A stretch of 64,000 nucleotides of DNA, from positions 42,794-106,793 of the forward strand of contig CACYMQ010000002.1 in assembly GCA_902775555.1 (NCBI GenBank), in the 5' to 3' direction. Made by a program: the position numbers and the translations under genes. Under the pieces are notes generated by a model that worked only from the letters and a program-made list of their open reading frames with translations, was not told the DNA's origin and made no database searches. Origin of the DNA: an uncultured Lachnospiraceae bacterium. Its GTDB lineage: Bacteria; Bacillota; Clostridia; Lachnospirales; Lachnospiraceae. Every line of letters starts with the position of its first letter. The stretch's first letter is position 1. Positions 1 through 10,124 of this stretch are shown in pieces.

Positions 1-3000
1 AGCCTCCGCAGGGATTTTCTCCCTCGTCACAGATCCAGTATTCCTGATTTCCGTCCGTCGTACAGGTTGCTTCCTTTGCTTCGACCCTGGTCAGCTGATG
101 GACGTGTCCTTTCTTCGGTATGGTCACAGTCTGTGTATGAACGGGATTATTCTTACATGTGCGTGTTTCTTCTCCCTCTTCCAGTTCGGTAGCTTCCTTC
201 GTCACTACCCATTCCCCCCATGCATGTGCATTGGGATCGATTGCTACCGGACGAGACTCCGTATGGGTCGGATCTAAGGAACATACACGGATTTCTTCAC
301 CCATCTGTTCGCAGGTGGGCGCTTTCTTCAGCATCCAGTCTCCGTAGCTGTGACCGGTGGCACGGACCACGGTATCCTCCTTATCGATGGAAAGATTTCC
401 GTATTTGTCCCTGAAATACCGTCCGCAGGGATTCTCTCCCTGATCACAGATCCAGTACTCGATATTTCCGTCCGTCTCGCAGGTTGCAAGCTTTGAATAC
501 ACATGCTTCAACTGATGCACGTGATCCTTCTTCGGAAGGAGTCGTGTCTCCGTATGCTCCTCGTTGTACCGGCAGGTACGGGTTTCTTCTCCTTCTTCCG
601 TCTCCGTTGCGGTCCTGGTCACCTTCCACTGTCCCCAGTCATGGGCATTCGGATCCATGTCCGTCTCTCTTGTTTCCTTATGTGTGGCATCCAGCTTGCA
701 GACTCTGGTCTCTTCTCCCTTCTCACAGCAGGTGGCCTGCTTTGTGACCGTCCAGTCTCCCCAATCATGATTCGTGGCAGTAAGGACCGTATCCTCCCTG
801 TCGATCCGGATCTTCCCGTCAGCGTCACGGAAATACAGACCACAGGGATTCTCCCCCTGATCACAGATCCAGTACTCAATATGTCCGTTTTCAATACAGG
901 TAGCAGCTTTTGCAGGAATCCGGGTCAGCTTGTGAACATGGCTCTTCTTCGGAATGATCCTGGTATCGGTATGACCGGGATCATAGCTGCAGTACCTTGT
1001 TTCCTGGCCTTCCTCGGTTTCCGTTGCGGGCTTTGTCACCTCCCACTTTCCGAAATCATGTGCATTCGGATCGATCGAAACTGCTCGTTTATCCACATGT
1101 TTCGGATCATTCTTACAGATACGGATCTCTTCACCCTCGGAAGAACAGGTAGGAGCCTTTTGAAGCGTCCAGTCACCCCAGTCATGGCTGCTCGATGCGA
1201 TGGGGATTTCCCTTGTTTCTCTATGGCTGTCACTTAAGCTGCAAACTCTTTCTTCCACACCGGCCACAGCGCAGGTGGGCGCCTGGACCATAGTCCATTC
1301 TCCCCAGTTATGAGCCTGCGGATCGATGGCGAGGGTTCTTGTTTCCTTATGATTTGCATTGTTCAGGCAGACACGTTCCTCTTCCCCCCTGGATGTACAG
1401 GTGGGTGCTTTCGTCTGCACCCAATCCGTGAATTCGTGTGCATCCGGTATCGGGTCAATGATACGAGTCTCCACATGCGTCGGATCATTCTTGCAGGTCC
1501 GTTCGTCAAGCCCTTCGGCCATACAGGTCGGGTACTTCGTCCGAACCCAGTCATACCAGGAATGTCCGATGGCACGAAGGACGGTATCCTCTATGTTGAT
1601 CTCGTCATCCGCATCTGCGCTCACATCCGCGAAGCAGCGGTTACAGGGATTATCGCCCCTGTCACAGATCCAGTATTCGATATTTCCATTCTCGGTACAG
1701 GTCGCATCCTTATAAGAAACCTTCGTCAGTTTATGCTCATGATCCTTCGTCGGTATCTTTCTGGTCTCTTTATGCTCGGGATTATCCTGACAGACTCTTT
1801 CCTCCTCGCCTTCTGCCAGTTCCGTTGCTTCCTTCACTACCGTCCACGGACCCCAGTCATGCTCATCCGGATTTATGGGGATTCCCTCCATTTCGGTATG
1901 GGACGGATCATTTCTGCAGACCCGTTCTTCCAAACCTTCCTTACTGCAGGTGGGCGCAAATGTCACCTGCCAGTCTCCCCAGGAATGACCATAGGCCGGA
2001 ACCATCCGGATCACTCTGGAAAGCTCTTCGCCACAGCCTGTACAGTAGAACGCCTCCTCGACCTTACCGTCCGTTTCGCAGGTTGCCTGGACGATATTCT
2101 CCCGGCACTTGTCTCCGGGCGTGTGATGATGCCAAAGCGCCACATAGACCGGATTTGTGTCCGGCATATGATCCGGAAGTGCCACCGGATCCTGAGACTC
2201 ACTGTCCTTCAGTGCCCAGCCCAGGAATACACAATCCTCCTGTGTGGGATCCTCCGGCTGGGAAACAACCGCATCATAGATCGCGGTGATCGTCCTCTTC
2301 GTTTCGGTCGCTCCGAAATGGTCCTTCCAGACGCCACCGTTTGCATCATAAGTAATGGAATACTCAGCCGGTACCCAGACTGCCTGCAGAGTCAGATTCT
2401 CCGCGGGCATTTTCTCCGGAAATGCCGGATTCCATCCTGAAAAGATAAAATGTTCCTTCACCGGATCCGCCGGTGCCTTGCCGCTCAGTTCTTCATCAAA
2501 GAGCACCTGAAGCGGTGAGATCTTGCTTCCTCCCACGGTGTCAAAGGAAATGGTATAGCTTTCCTTCTTCCAGAAGGCAGTGAGCCTCACATCATTATCC
2601 GGCATCGTCATGGGGAATACGACCTTCTCGTAGCCCGCCGGATCCGAAGCGCTGATCCCATACCATCCGTCAAAGGCATATCCTGTTCTTACGGGATCTG
2701 CCGGCTTCTGGATGATGGCTCCTTCCTTTGCGACAACCGAAGCGATCGGACTACCACCTGCCGAATCAAAGATTACGGAATGGTCTTCCAATGGAATTTC
2801 TTCATATTTTGCGGTAAATGCCAGCAGCTTCTGTCCATTCACCGTAGTTGTCATCGTCCAGTCATTAAACGTGAAATCTTCCTTCGCACTGTGAAGGGTT
2901 CCTTTGCTGTCCTCCCATCCGACAAACCGATGCCGCTTGTCCGGTACAGGTGCTTCCGCAAGAGTGATCACTCTTCCGAGAGCCGCCTTCTGTTCCGAAA

Positions 3001-5923
3001 CAAATGCTGCGCCGTATGCGCCGGGATCATACTGAACAGAGATCTCCGCCGGCGTCCATTCTGCCTTCAGTGTAACCACAAGAGAATTGTAATTCTTCTC
3101 CGGATGCGGGATCTTAATGGATGTTCCGTCAGCTGCCTTGTCGCAATAAGTCGGAGTCAGTTCCATGGAGGCTTCCCATTTTACGCCGTCATTTGTATAC
3201 CAGCCCTTCAGAACATATCCGTCTCTTGTGGACTGCTCCATAGCCTCCATACGGAGCTTCTCATTGATATTTACCGTAAACTGACGGCTCTGTACCTTTC
3301 CGTCCGAACCTTCTCCCATGGTTGCGGGTGTATTTCGATAGGAATCCTCCTGATACAGCACGGAATTGTACCAGCTGTAACCCTGATCGATGGCCTCCTG
3401 ATCATAGGAGCCAAGGTCCAGATGAACCTCCAGCCGGTCCGGGATCAGAACCGGATACAGCTTCAGGGTCTCTGTCGGCATGACTCCGCTGAAATCATAA
3501 ATCGCATAGGTATATTTATCCTCAGGATCATCCTGCTGGTCCTCCGGCAAAGATTCCTTATAGTGATAGGATCCCTCTGTCTTCGGTGTAAGCGACCAGC
3601 CTGCGAAGGTATGATCCTCTTTCGACAGTGTCTTCCCGGCATACCGGCCAAGGGATGCCCCGAACCAGACCTTTTCCACGCTGTTTACCTTTGTGCCTGC
3701 GATATCATCGTAATAGATCAGGTCAAAGGTTTTCCTTGAGTAATACAGGTAGAGTTTTCCATTATTTCCGGGTAAACGGATCGAACCGCCCGGAAATACC
3801 GGTTCCAACCTTGCATAGGGATCATACTGTGTCTGATAGCCAAGGAATGTATAATTCTCGATCTCCCGCGGTTTATAGGTATCCGCATCGGAAACCACGG
3901 AATCCTCAGGCTCTTTGTAACTGCCGTCGGCTTCCATAAGGACCTCGTAGATATCCGTATGCTTTACGGAATCGATGTGAACATCCAGCGTACTCTTGTA
4001 GTAGAAGGCAGATCTCGCTTCCTCCCAGGTCGGTTTGGTAAAGAAATGATAATCTCCCTCCGAAAGACCGGAGACAGTCGTTCCCTCTGCCTTTACCGCC
4101 TGAGATGCATCTTGTCCGTCCTTGTAGTACCAGACCGGAAGATCCTGATCCACGGCAAAGGTGACCGAACCATTGCCGGATCCGTAATCCGTCGGCTGGA
4201 CAGTACCTGCCTGGATCTCCGGATATACCAGAAAGATCCGCTGTCCAAGGGAGGTACCTGTTCCGTTTAGACCCGCACGGAAGTTGACCCATGTATAGTT
4301 ACCGGGACTCAGCTTCTTCCAACGGAGACTTCCCGTAGATTCTCCCGTGGCGGGATCGATCACCGGCATATCATATTCGACCGATCCGTTTGAATACATG
4401 TAATATACATCGAGCCCCGTAAAATCTTCCGGTATCCCTCCGTCCTTGTATGTGAGTCGGGTGGTAAAACGTAAACGGTCTCCATATTCGTCCTCCATAT
4501 CCGGTTCGATGGATAAGAGTTCGATCTTATACAGGAGCTTGGGGATCGTATTTTTCTCCACATGAGACGGATCCAGATTGCAGACTCTTTTTTCCTCACC
4601 ATCCTGGATCGCCGTAGGCTGCTTTGTCACCTCCCAGGCTCCCCAGTCATGTGCCTCCGGATCCACGGGTGTATCAACTGTAGTTCTCGAAAGCTCCTCC
4701 CCGCATCTCGGGCAGGTCATAACACTGACGTAGGATCCGGGTGTTGTACAGGTCGCGGGTACTTCGTCTTCCCGGGTCTCCACCGGTTCGGCATGTCCCT
4801 CTTCACATACATTCTCGAAACAGGCTGTAAGCTTCAGCCCGTCTGCCGGAACAGTAAAGATGGTCTTCTTCTCTTCGTTCTCCCCACCTTCCGGATCGTA
4901 TTCGTTCACCCATTTAACAAAGATCCAGCCGGGTGCCGGTACAGCTTCCAGAGAATACTTCGTTCCTACATCGCAATACTCCGAATACTGGGTCTTCTCC
5001 TCACCGTTGACAAGGATCTTACACTTATCCCTCGCCCCGGCATCCACTTCCGCAATAAATGCGGACCGATACGAATCCACATATTCCCTGATCCGGATGC
5101 CGATGTTCGTGTTATTGTCAAAAGTGACTACCAGCATGGATTCCGGTTTATCCGTTTCAGGGTATTCGATCTCATCCGGAACAACGATCTTGTAATCGTC
5201 TCCTTCTTTCAATATCTGCAAAACCGAAGTTCCGTTTACACCGAGCACCTTCGAAACGTCTTTCCGGATACTAAGCGCTTCAAACACTTCCGAAAGATAA
5301 AAGGTCTTCGACTCTCCCTGAACAGTCGAATTGTACGGATAATCATATTCGGCAACATATTCGGCGCTGGTTCTCTTATAAACGAACTCAATCACAAACA
5401 GGGAGAATCCGTCTGTCTCCACGGATACCACACCATTTGCCTCATCCACGGAAGAAGACAGTTCTTCGGCGTGATACTCTGCCGCATCCGTTTCATGAAG
5501 ATGATAGACGACCGGATCCAGACTCTCATCCGCTGCCGCAGCTGTACGGAAGGAGATCTCCACATTCTGTCCGTCCCGTGGCTGCAGTTCCTCACCGTCG
5601 GCATCGATCACCTTGATGTCGAAGGAATGGGATTCCATAACGCCGGTATCCTCCTCCATCAGCTCCGACACGGCATCAAAGGCAGATTCCTTCTCACTGC
5701 CGGTCACCTTTCGAACCGATAAGGATGCTCCCTCCGGAAATGTGCCTTCCTCCGCCCGCACGGTAACGGTCACGCCGTCTGACTCCACGGAACGTTCAAA
5801 TGCAGGCAGTCCGGAAAGATCCGCCTCCTTCTCTGCGAACATGGAAGACGGCAATGTACATAGCACAAAAAAACATGCCAGAAGAACCGCGATCAGTTGT
5901 TTCAAATGTCTTGATTTTATCAT
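1..5923 (-). CDS. Giant secreted/surface repeat protein (>1974 aa, 3' end beyond window): signal peptide, InlB B-type repeats, Cys/His-rich repeats
   Basis: ATG at 5923 overlaps the upstream stop (ATGA). N-terminus MIKSRHLKQLIAVLLACFFVLCTLPSSMFAEKE is a signal peptide. The frame is still coding at base 2 (…YWICDEGENPCGG), and the track lists no closed ORF in this frame. InlB B-like motifs at about 2.4-3.8 kb (FDSAGGS…PADPVRTGYAFDGW). 417-bp DNA repeats (cacagatccagta at 28, 445, 862; another copy at 1663). Confidence 0.85.
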   Translation of the reverse strand, partial: MIKSRHLKQLIAVLLACFFVLCTLPSSMFAEKEADLSGLPAFERSVESDGVTVTVRAEEGTFPEGASLSVRKVTGSEKESAFDAVSELMEEDTGVMESHSFDIKVIDADGEELQPRDGQNVEISFRTAAAADESLDPVVYHLHETDAAEYHAEELSSSVDEANGVVSVETDGFSLFVIEFVYKRTSAEYVAEYDYPYNSTVQGESKTFYLSEVFEALSIRKDVSKVLGVNGTSVLQILKEGDDYKIVVPDEIEYPETDKPESMLVVTFDNNTNIGIRIREYVDSYRSAFIAEVDAGARDKCKILVNGEEKTQYSEYCDVGTKYSLEAVPAPGWIFVKWVNEYDPEGGENEEKKTIFTVPADGLKLTACFENVCEEGHAEPVETREDEVPATCTTPGSYVSVMTCPRCGEELSRTTVDTPVDPEAHDWGAWEVTKQPTAIQDGEEKRVCNLDPSHVEKNTIPKLLYKIELLSIEPDMEDEYGDRLRFTTRLTYKDGGIPEDFTGLDVYYMYSNGSVEYDMPVIDPATGESTGSLRWKKLSPGNYTWVNFRAGLNGTGTSLGQRIFLVYPEIQAGTVQPTDYGSGNGSVTFAVDQDLPVWYYKDGQDASQAVKAEGTTVSGLSEGDYHFFTKPTWEEARSAFYYKSTLDVHIDSVKHTDIYEVLMEADGSYKEPEDSVVSDADTYKPREIENYTFLGYQTQYDPYARLEPVFPGGSIRLPGNNGKLYLYYSRKTFDLIYYDDIAGTKVNSVEKVWFGASLGRYAGKTLSKEDHTFAGWSLTPKTEGSYHYKESLPEDQQDDPEDKYTYAIYDFSGVMPTETLKLYPVLIPDRLEVHLDLGSYDQEAIDQGYSWYNSVLYQEDSYRNTPATMGEGSDGKVQSRQFTVNINEKLRMEAMEQSTRDGYVLKGWYTNDGVKWEASMELTPTYCDKAADGTSIKIPHPEKNYNSLVVTLKAEWTPAEISVQYDPGAYGAAFVSEQKAALGRVITLAEAPVPDKRHRFVGWEDSKGTLHSAKEDFTFNDWTMTTTVNGQKLLAFTAKYEEIPLEDHSVIFDSAGGSPIASVVAKEGAIIQKPADPVRTGYAFDGWYGISASDPAGYEKVVFPMTMPDNDVRLTAFWKKESYTISFDTVGGSKISPLQVLFDEELSGKAPADPVKEHFIFSGWNPAFPEKMPAENLTLQAVWVPAEYSITYDANGGVWKDHFGATETKRTITAIYDAVVSQPEDPTQEDCVFLGWALKDSESQDPVALPDHMPDTNPVYVALWHHHTPGDKCRENIVQATCETDGKVEEAFYCTGCGEELSRVIRMVPAYGHSWGDWQVTFAPTCSKEGLEERVCRNDPSHTEMEGIPINPDEHDWGPWTVVKEATELAEGEEERVCQDNPEHKETRKIPTKDHEHKLTKVSYKDATCTENGNIEYWICDRGDNPCNRCFADVSADADDEINIEDTVLRAIGHSWYDWVRTKYPTCMAEGLDERTCKNDPTHVETRIIDPIPDAHEFTDWVQTKAPTCTSRGEEERVCLNNANHKETRTLAIDPQAHNWGEWTMVQAPTCAVAGVEERVCSLSDSHRETREIPIASSSHDWGDWTLQKAPTCSSEGEEIRICKNDPKHVDKRAVSIDPNAHDFGKWEVTKPATETEEGQETRYCSYDPGHTDTRIIPKKSHVHKLTRIPAKAATCIENGHIEYWICDQGENPCGLYFRDADGKIRIDREDTVLTATNHDWGDWTVTKQATCCEKGEETRVCKLDATHKETRETDMDPNAHDWGQWKVTRTATETEEGEETRTCRYNEEHTETRLLPKKDHVHQLKHVYSKLATCETDGNIEYWICDQGENPCGRYFRDKYGNLSIDKEDTVVRATGHSYGDWMLKKAPTCEQMGEEIRVCSLDPTHTESRPVAIDPNAHAWGEWVVTKEATELEEGEETRTCKNNPVHTQTVTIPKKGHVHQLTRVEAKEATCTTDGNQEYWICDEGENPCGG
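28..1700 (-). repeat. Intragenic ~417-bp (139-aa) Cys/His-rich repeats
   Basis: Motif cacagatccagta recurs at 28, 445, 862 (417-bp period) and 1663. Units encode HxH…ATC…GN.EYWICD.GENPCG and HxWGxWxV.K.AT..EEGEE.R.C…H. Confidence 0.85.
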
Positions 5924-6678
5924 GCTCCGGTTTCCTTTCGTTTTCTGTTGACGGAACCGCCCGGCTCCGAATGAATAAGCTGCTTCTTATGATCCGTCTG
6001 AAACAGGGAATCAACGACGGCCTGCTTTCTCTGGGGTTCCAGGTCGATCACGCGATGTGTAGCACGGATCCTCTCGGCCGTTTCATGATCATGGGTTGCA
6101 AGGATCACTGTGGTTCCCTGTCTGTGAATGATCTCCAGTAATCGGAAGATCTCCTTCGAAGCTTCCGGATCCAGATTCCCGGTAGGCTCGTCTGCCAGAA
6201 GAACCTTCGGGTAGTTCAGCAGCGCCCGCGCCATACAAACCCTCTGGGTCTCTCCTCCGGAAAGTTCCTCCGGATATCTCCTGTAGAGATGCTCCGCGTC
6301 CATCATTTTCAGCACATTCCGGATCCGATGGTCCGTATCCGCCCTTCGGCCCTTTGTCATGGACATGGAAAGCTCCAGATTATCATATACCGTATACCCG
6401 TCGAAAAGCTTCGCATCCTGGAAGACCACCCCCAGCTTCCGCCGATATTCCGAGATGCCTGCGGGTCGTATGGAGGACAGTTCCTCTCCGTCCACCTTTA
6501 TGCTGCCGGTATAACCGGTCAGTTCCCTGATCAGAAGATGGATCAGGGTTGTCTTGCCGCTTCCGCTTCTTCCGCTGACCAGTACGAATTCTCCCCGTCC
6601 GATATGTTCGGTAAAATCCGTAAATACAGGAGCCTCAGAGTCAGGATAGGACATACACATTTTCCTGAAACTGATCAT
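5920..6678 (-). CDS. FtsE/LolD-like ABC ATP-binding protein (no permease adjacent)
   Basis: Walker A GRSGSGKT, Q-loop VVFQD, signature LSGGE, Walker B LLADEP, H-loop ATHD. 4-bp overlaps with both neighbours. Confidence 0.9.
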   Translation of the reverse strand: MISFRKMCMSYPDSEAPVFTDFTEHIGRGEFVLVSGRSGSGKTTLIHLLIRELTGYTGSIKVDGEELSSIRPAGISEYRRKLGVVFQDAKLFDGYTVYDNLELSMSMTKGRRADTDHRIRNVLKMMDAEHLYRRYPEELSGGETQRVCMARALLNYPKVLLADEPTGNLDPEASKEIFRLLEIIHRQGTTVILATHDHETAERIRATHRVIDLEPQRKQAVVDSLFQTDHKKQLIHSEPGGSVNRKRKETGA

Positions 6679-9047
6679 GCCAGTCCTACCTCCTCCGCAT
6701 AGGGTTCAAAATCGGATTTTGTAAATACCTTTCCGACCTTTACGAATTCATACTTGATGGCATTCAGGTAATGCCGCATGTGTACCTCGCCTCCGGCATC
6801 CGGATCTGCTGCCGCAAGGAAGGCGGCATTCAGGATACAGTTCTTGATATTACCACCTGCAAATTCGTACTTCTCCGCCAGGAAACGGATATCCACATCA
6901 TCCGCCAGCGGCGTCCCCTTCGGGATCGTGGTGGTCCACAGCATCTCCCGCGTATCCGGATCCGGGAACTGGAATTCCACGATATATTTCATCCGACGGA
7001 AGAATGCCGGATCGATATTGTGTTTGTAATTCGTGGCCAGGACGGACACCCCGTCATATGCCTCCACCTCCTGCAGAAGGAGCGCGGTCTTATTATTTGC
7101 GGAAGCCTGATTGGAGCCTCCGTCATCCGAACGCTTTGCAAACAGTGTATCGCACTCATCAAAGAAAAGTACCACATTACACTTCTTAGCTTCCCGGAAG
7201 ATCATGGAGATGGATTTCTCCGTCTCACCTACGTACTTATCGATAACCTTGGACAGGTCGACCCTGTACAGTTCCAGGTTGAGTTCGTGTGCGATGACCT
7301 GTGCGCACATGGACTTACCGGTACCCGGCGCACCGAACAGCAGGACGGAGAGCCCGCGTCCGTAGGGATACTTCTTGGTATAGTTCCAGTTCTCATATAC
7401 CTGCTTTCTGTAATTCATCTGGTCGATGGCATGCTCCAGTGTCTCACGCTGGCTGGGATTCATGACGATATCCTCAAAGCCGAAATTGGCCTTGACCTTT
7501 GTTGCCTTCTGGGACAGCTCCGAACTCATCTGGTTATTGCAACCCTGGAAGAGCTTTGCCCTGGAGATCACACTCTCTCCGGCCATGACCGACAGCGCTC
7601 TGGCATTTTTCAGCGCATCATGGATCTTCCCCGGCGTGAACAGGAACTTGGTGGACATTTCCAGTGTATCGATCTCATCATCCAGCTTATAGTCCTTCCT
7701 GTAATACTCCCAGCACTCCACACGCTCCCCTGTATTGGGTGTGGGGAGCTCCAGCTCGGTGAATTCGTTCTTCGTGATCTCACGAAAATCGATATGCTCC
7801 TTACTCATGGAGAATACCATGATCCCCTGCTCGTTCAGCTTGGAGAATGCCAGATCCATGTACCCGAAGAATTTCTCCTTCTCCTCTTCCCGGAAGGTAA
7901 GCTCCGTGAGGCAGCAGCAGGAATTGGTAAGTATGCATTCCCGGGTCACGGCCCAGAGAGCCTGCTCCACATAGTTGAAATCATAATTGAAAAGCTTCTT
8001 ACAGTTGATCGCCACGGCCTGTAAGCCGTTCTCCCTGCAGAAATGTTTTACGAAGAAACGTCTTCCGCTTCCCTCGTCTCCGTAATAGTAGAAGATCCTG
8101 CAGCCTTCCTCATAGGATATCTTCATCTCATTCAGGATCCCCTCATTTGCCAGGATGGGATCCAGTTCCTTTTTATCCGTCAGCATGTAGATGAATCTGG
8201 AATAATCCTCATCCAGTTTGTCCGGATTTCTCCCGAAGAGACAGTCGATCACCCGCTTATCCGGTGAAACGACGGTTGAGAAGGGCATACTCTTCATGAC
8301 CTGCAGGGGGAGCACCGGAAGCATCTGCTCCAGACAGGTGGACATATCTCCGTATGCACCTGTAATGGAGTAGGATTTTCCGTAGAAAACCTTGGCAGCG
8401 GACTCGATTGTCGGGGAAGAGAGATTTGCATTTTCATTGATGATCTGAAATACACCCGCATAATCCGTCTGCGTCGATGACAGGATCCCGCAGGCAAAGC
8501 AAAACAGCGTAAAGGGTTCAAATCCGAGTTTATGGGCAAGTGTATAGAAGGGAAGCGGTATCCCGCTTTCTACGGTGATCCGTGCTCTTTCATCGATATA
8601 GGCCAGTTTTTCCCGGATGGGAAGCTTTGCTCCCGCACCGGATCCGGATTTCTTCTCTTTCTTCTTTGACGTATCCTCAGAAGCGGAAAAAGCACCCAGG
8701 AGAGCCATCAGTTCATTATCAACATCCGACTCCGAAGCATCCTCAGCTTCGCCCTCTCCCTCTCCCTCTTCTTCACCTTCCTCCGCATCCGTATCATCGG
8801 ACAGCTCGTCATATTCCGCGCCTTCCTCCTGATAGAACTGCTCTACCTTGTTTCGACAGGTATCTCCCGCGATCTCGATATCCGGATACAGAATACTCTT
8901 ATAACCACCCTGATCACTGGCATAAGTCGTCTTCATCACATCAATATACTGATCCAGAGCCATATTGACACTGTTAAAGATATACTGCATATATTCATCA
9001 TAGTCCTTAAACGGCTGATCCTTATACTTGCTGTCATATCTTTCCAT
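6675..9047 (-). CDS. AAA+ ATPase, Afp15/Pvc15-like CIS ATPase
   Basis: GAPGTGKS; YRVDLSKVIDKYVGETEK; LFFDECD; LATN…IDPAFFRR. Degenerate first AAA module (GDEGSGRR). Lies in a phage-tail-like operon. Confidence 0.88.
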   Translation of the reverse strand: MERYDSKYKDQPFKDYDEYMQYIFNSVNMALDQYIDVMKTTYASDQGGYKSILYPDIEIAGDTCRNKVEQFYQEEGAEYDELSDDTDAEEGEEEGEGEGEAEDASESDVDNELMALLGAFSASEDTSKKKEKKSGSGAGAKLPIREKLAYIDERARITVESGIPLPFYTLAHKLGFEPFTLFCFACGILSSTQTDYAGVFQIINENANLSSPTIESAAKVFYGKSYSITGAYGDMSTCLEQMLPVLPLQVMKSMPFSTVVSPDKRVIDCLFGRNPDKLDEDYSRFIYMLTDKKELDPILANEGILNEMKISYEEGCRIFYYYGDEGSGRRFFVKHFCRENGLQAVAINCKKLFNYDFNYVEQALWAVTRECILTNSCCCLTELTFREEEKEKFFGYMDLAFSKLNEQGIMVFSMSKEHIDFREITKNEFTELELPTPNTGERVECWEYYRKDYKLDDEIDTLEMSTKFLFTPGKIHDALKNARALSVMAGESVISRAKLFQGCNNQMSSELSQKATKVKANFGFEDIVMNPSQRETLEHAIDQMNYRKQVYENWNYTKKYPYGRGLSVLLFGAPGTGKSMCAQVIAHELNLELYRVDLSKVIDKYVGETEKSISMIFREAKKCNVVLFFDECDTLFAKRSDDGGSNQASANNKTALLLQEVEAYDGVSVLATNYKHNIDPAFFRRMKYIVEFQFPDPDTREMLWTTTIPKGTPLADDVDIRFLAEKYEFAGGNIKNCILNAAFLAAADPDAGGEVHMRHYLNAIKYEFVKVGKVFTKSDFEPYAEEVGLA

Positions 9048-9132
9048 ACCCTGCTCACTCCTGCTTTCCCTGTTCTTCCATGGATATCACGCCCGGCCCG
9101 TCCTGCCGTACTCTGCTGCCGGTGCCGCACAC

Positions 9133-9363
9133 CTATCTGCCGCGATCCGTCCGAAAGACCGTCCCCCTGTCAAAAACGGAGGGCGCTTTATTGATGGAAG
9201 TTACATCGGTTTCTTCCTTCAGTCCTTTGTATTCATTCAGAGGAGGCGTCTTCTTTCTCTCCGCATAGATCATCCAATCCGGCTCCTCTGCATAGTAAGG
9301 CTCTCTCGAAGCATTCTTTTCACTTCTTCTGAGATCATTGACTAAACGGTCATTCAGTCCCAT
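9133..9363 (-). CDS. Small hypothetical protein (76 aa)
   Basis: RBS AAGGAG upstream of ATG; fills the operon gap between the SH3 gene and the ATPase. Confidence 0.65.
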   Translation of the reverse strand: MGLNDRLVNDLRRSEKNASREPYYAEEPDWMIYAERKKTPPLNEYKGLKEETDVTSINKAPSVFDRGTVFRTDRGR

Positions 9364-9374
9364 ACTCTGCTCCT

Positions 9375-10124
9375 TTACTGCGCATTCTTGTCAAATAATG
9401 TCTTATATTCTTCCTTCTTGATCTCCTGCAGCTTCAAAAACCGGTTGTAGCAATATCCGCTCTTCCCTTTATAGAGCACTTTGGACCACTCTTCCCCTTT
9501 TTCAAGCACACAGCCCACGGACCCCGGATATAATGCGACTACGGTCTTCGCCTTCCCGTTTGCCTCTTCCCGGATCCGGAGGGTGGTTCCCTGATTGGTT
9601 GTGACGAAGGAATAATAAGGTCCCGCAGCCGGCATTTGCACGACCGTCTTCCCGGAGGGATCCTCCGATGTCTTCTCCTCCGTTCCCTTCTCGCGGGTAT
9701 TCTTCTCCGTTACAGCCTCCGTCACCTTCTCCGGACCGGGTTCCACAGGCACTGCCACTGTCTCCGTGGTGCTTTCCGTTACTGTCTCCGACCCCTTCGT
9801 TCCGGGATCTGCCTTCGTTTCGGAGCGTGCCTCGGTGGGGAGATCGAGGATCGGTGCCGCCTTACCTTCCGTCGCAGCATCCGGCGCCGGCACATTGCCT
9901 CTTTCCGTACCCGTCTCCCCGAGCCGGTGCTGCACATCTTCCGTATCCGCTTCTATAATATCGATATAATCCTTCTCTGCGGTTTTCTCAACGGCAGCGT
10001 CCTTCTTACCCCGAAGTTCGAAGTAAGATTCCTTGCCGTCTAAAAGGAACAGGGCAAGGACTGCGGTGAACACATAGAACACCATGACCGCAGCAAGAAC
10101 ACGTTTTAACTTCTTTCTGCTCAT
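9375..10124 (-). CDS. Membrane-anchored SH3b-domain protein
   Basis: N-terminal TM (VLAAVMVFYVFTAVLALFLL), E/T/K/P-rich linker, C-terminal SH3b-like LRIREEANGKAKTVVALYPG…GEEWSKVLYKGKSGY. Confidence 0.85.
   Translation of the reverse strand: MSRKKLKRVLAAVMVFYVFTAVLALFLLDGKESYFELRGKKDAAVEKTAEKDYIDIIEADTEDVQHRLGETGTERGNVPAPDAATEGKAAPILDLPTEARSETKADPGTKGSETVTESTTETVAVPVEPGPEKVTEAVTEKNTREKGTEEKTSEDPSGKTVVQMPAAGPYYSFVTTNQGTTLRIREEANGKAKTVVALYPGSVGCVLEKGEEWSKVLYKGKSGYCYNRFLKLQEIKKEEYKTLFDKNAQ

Noticed and set aside
5920-6678. Assigning the symbol ftsE
   Set aside because: No ftsX or cell-division context; family-level similarity only.
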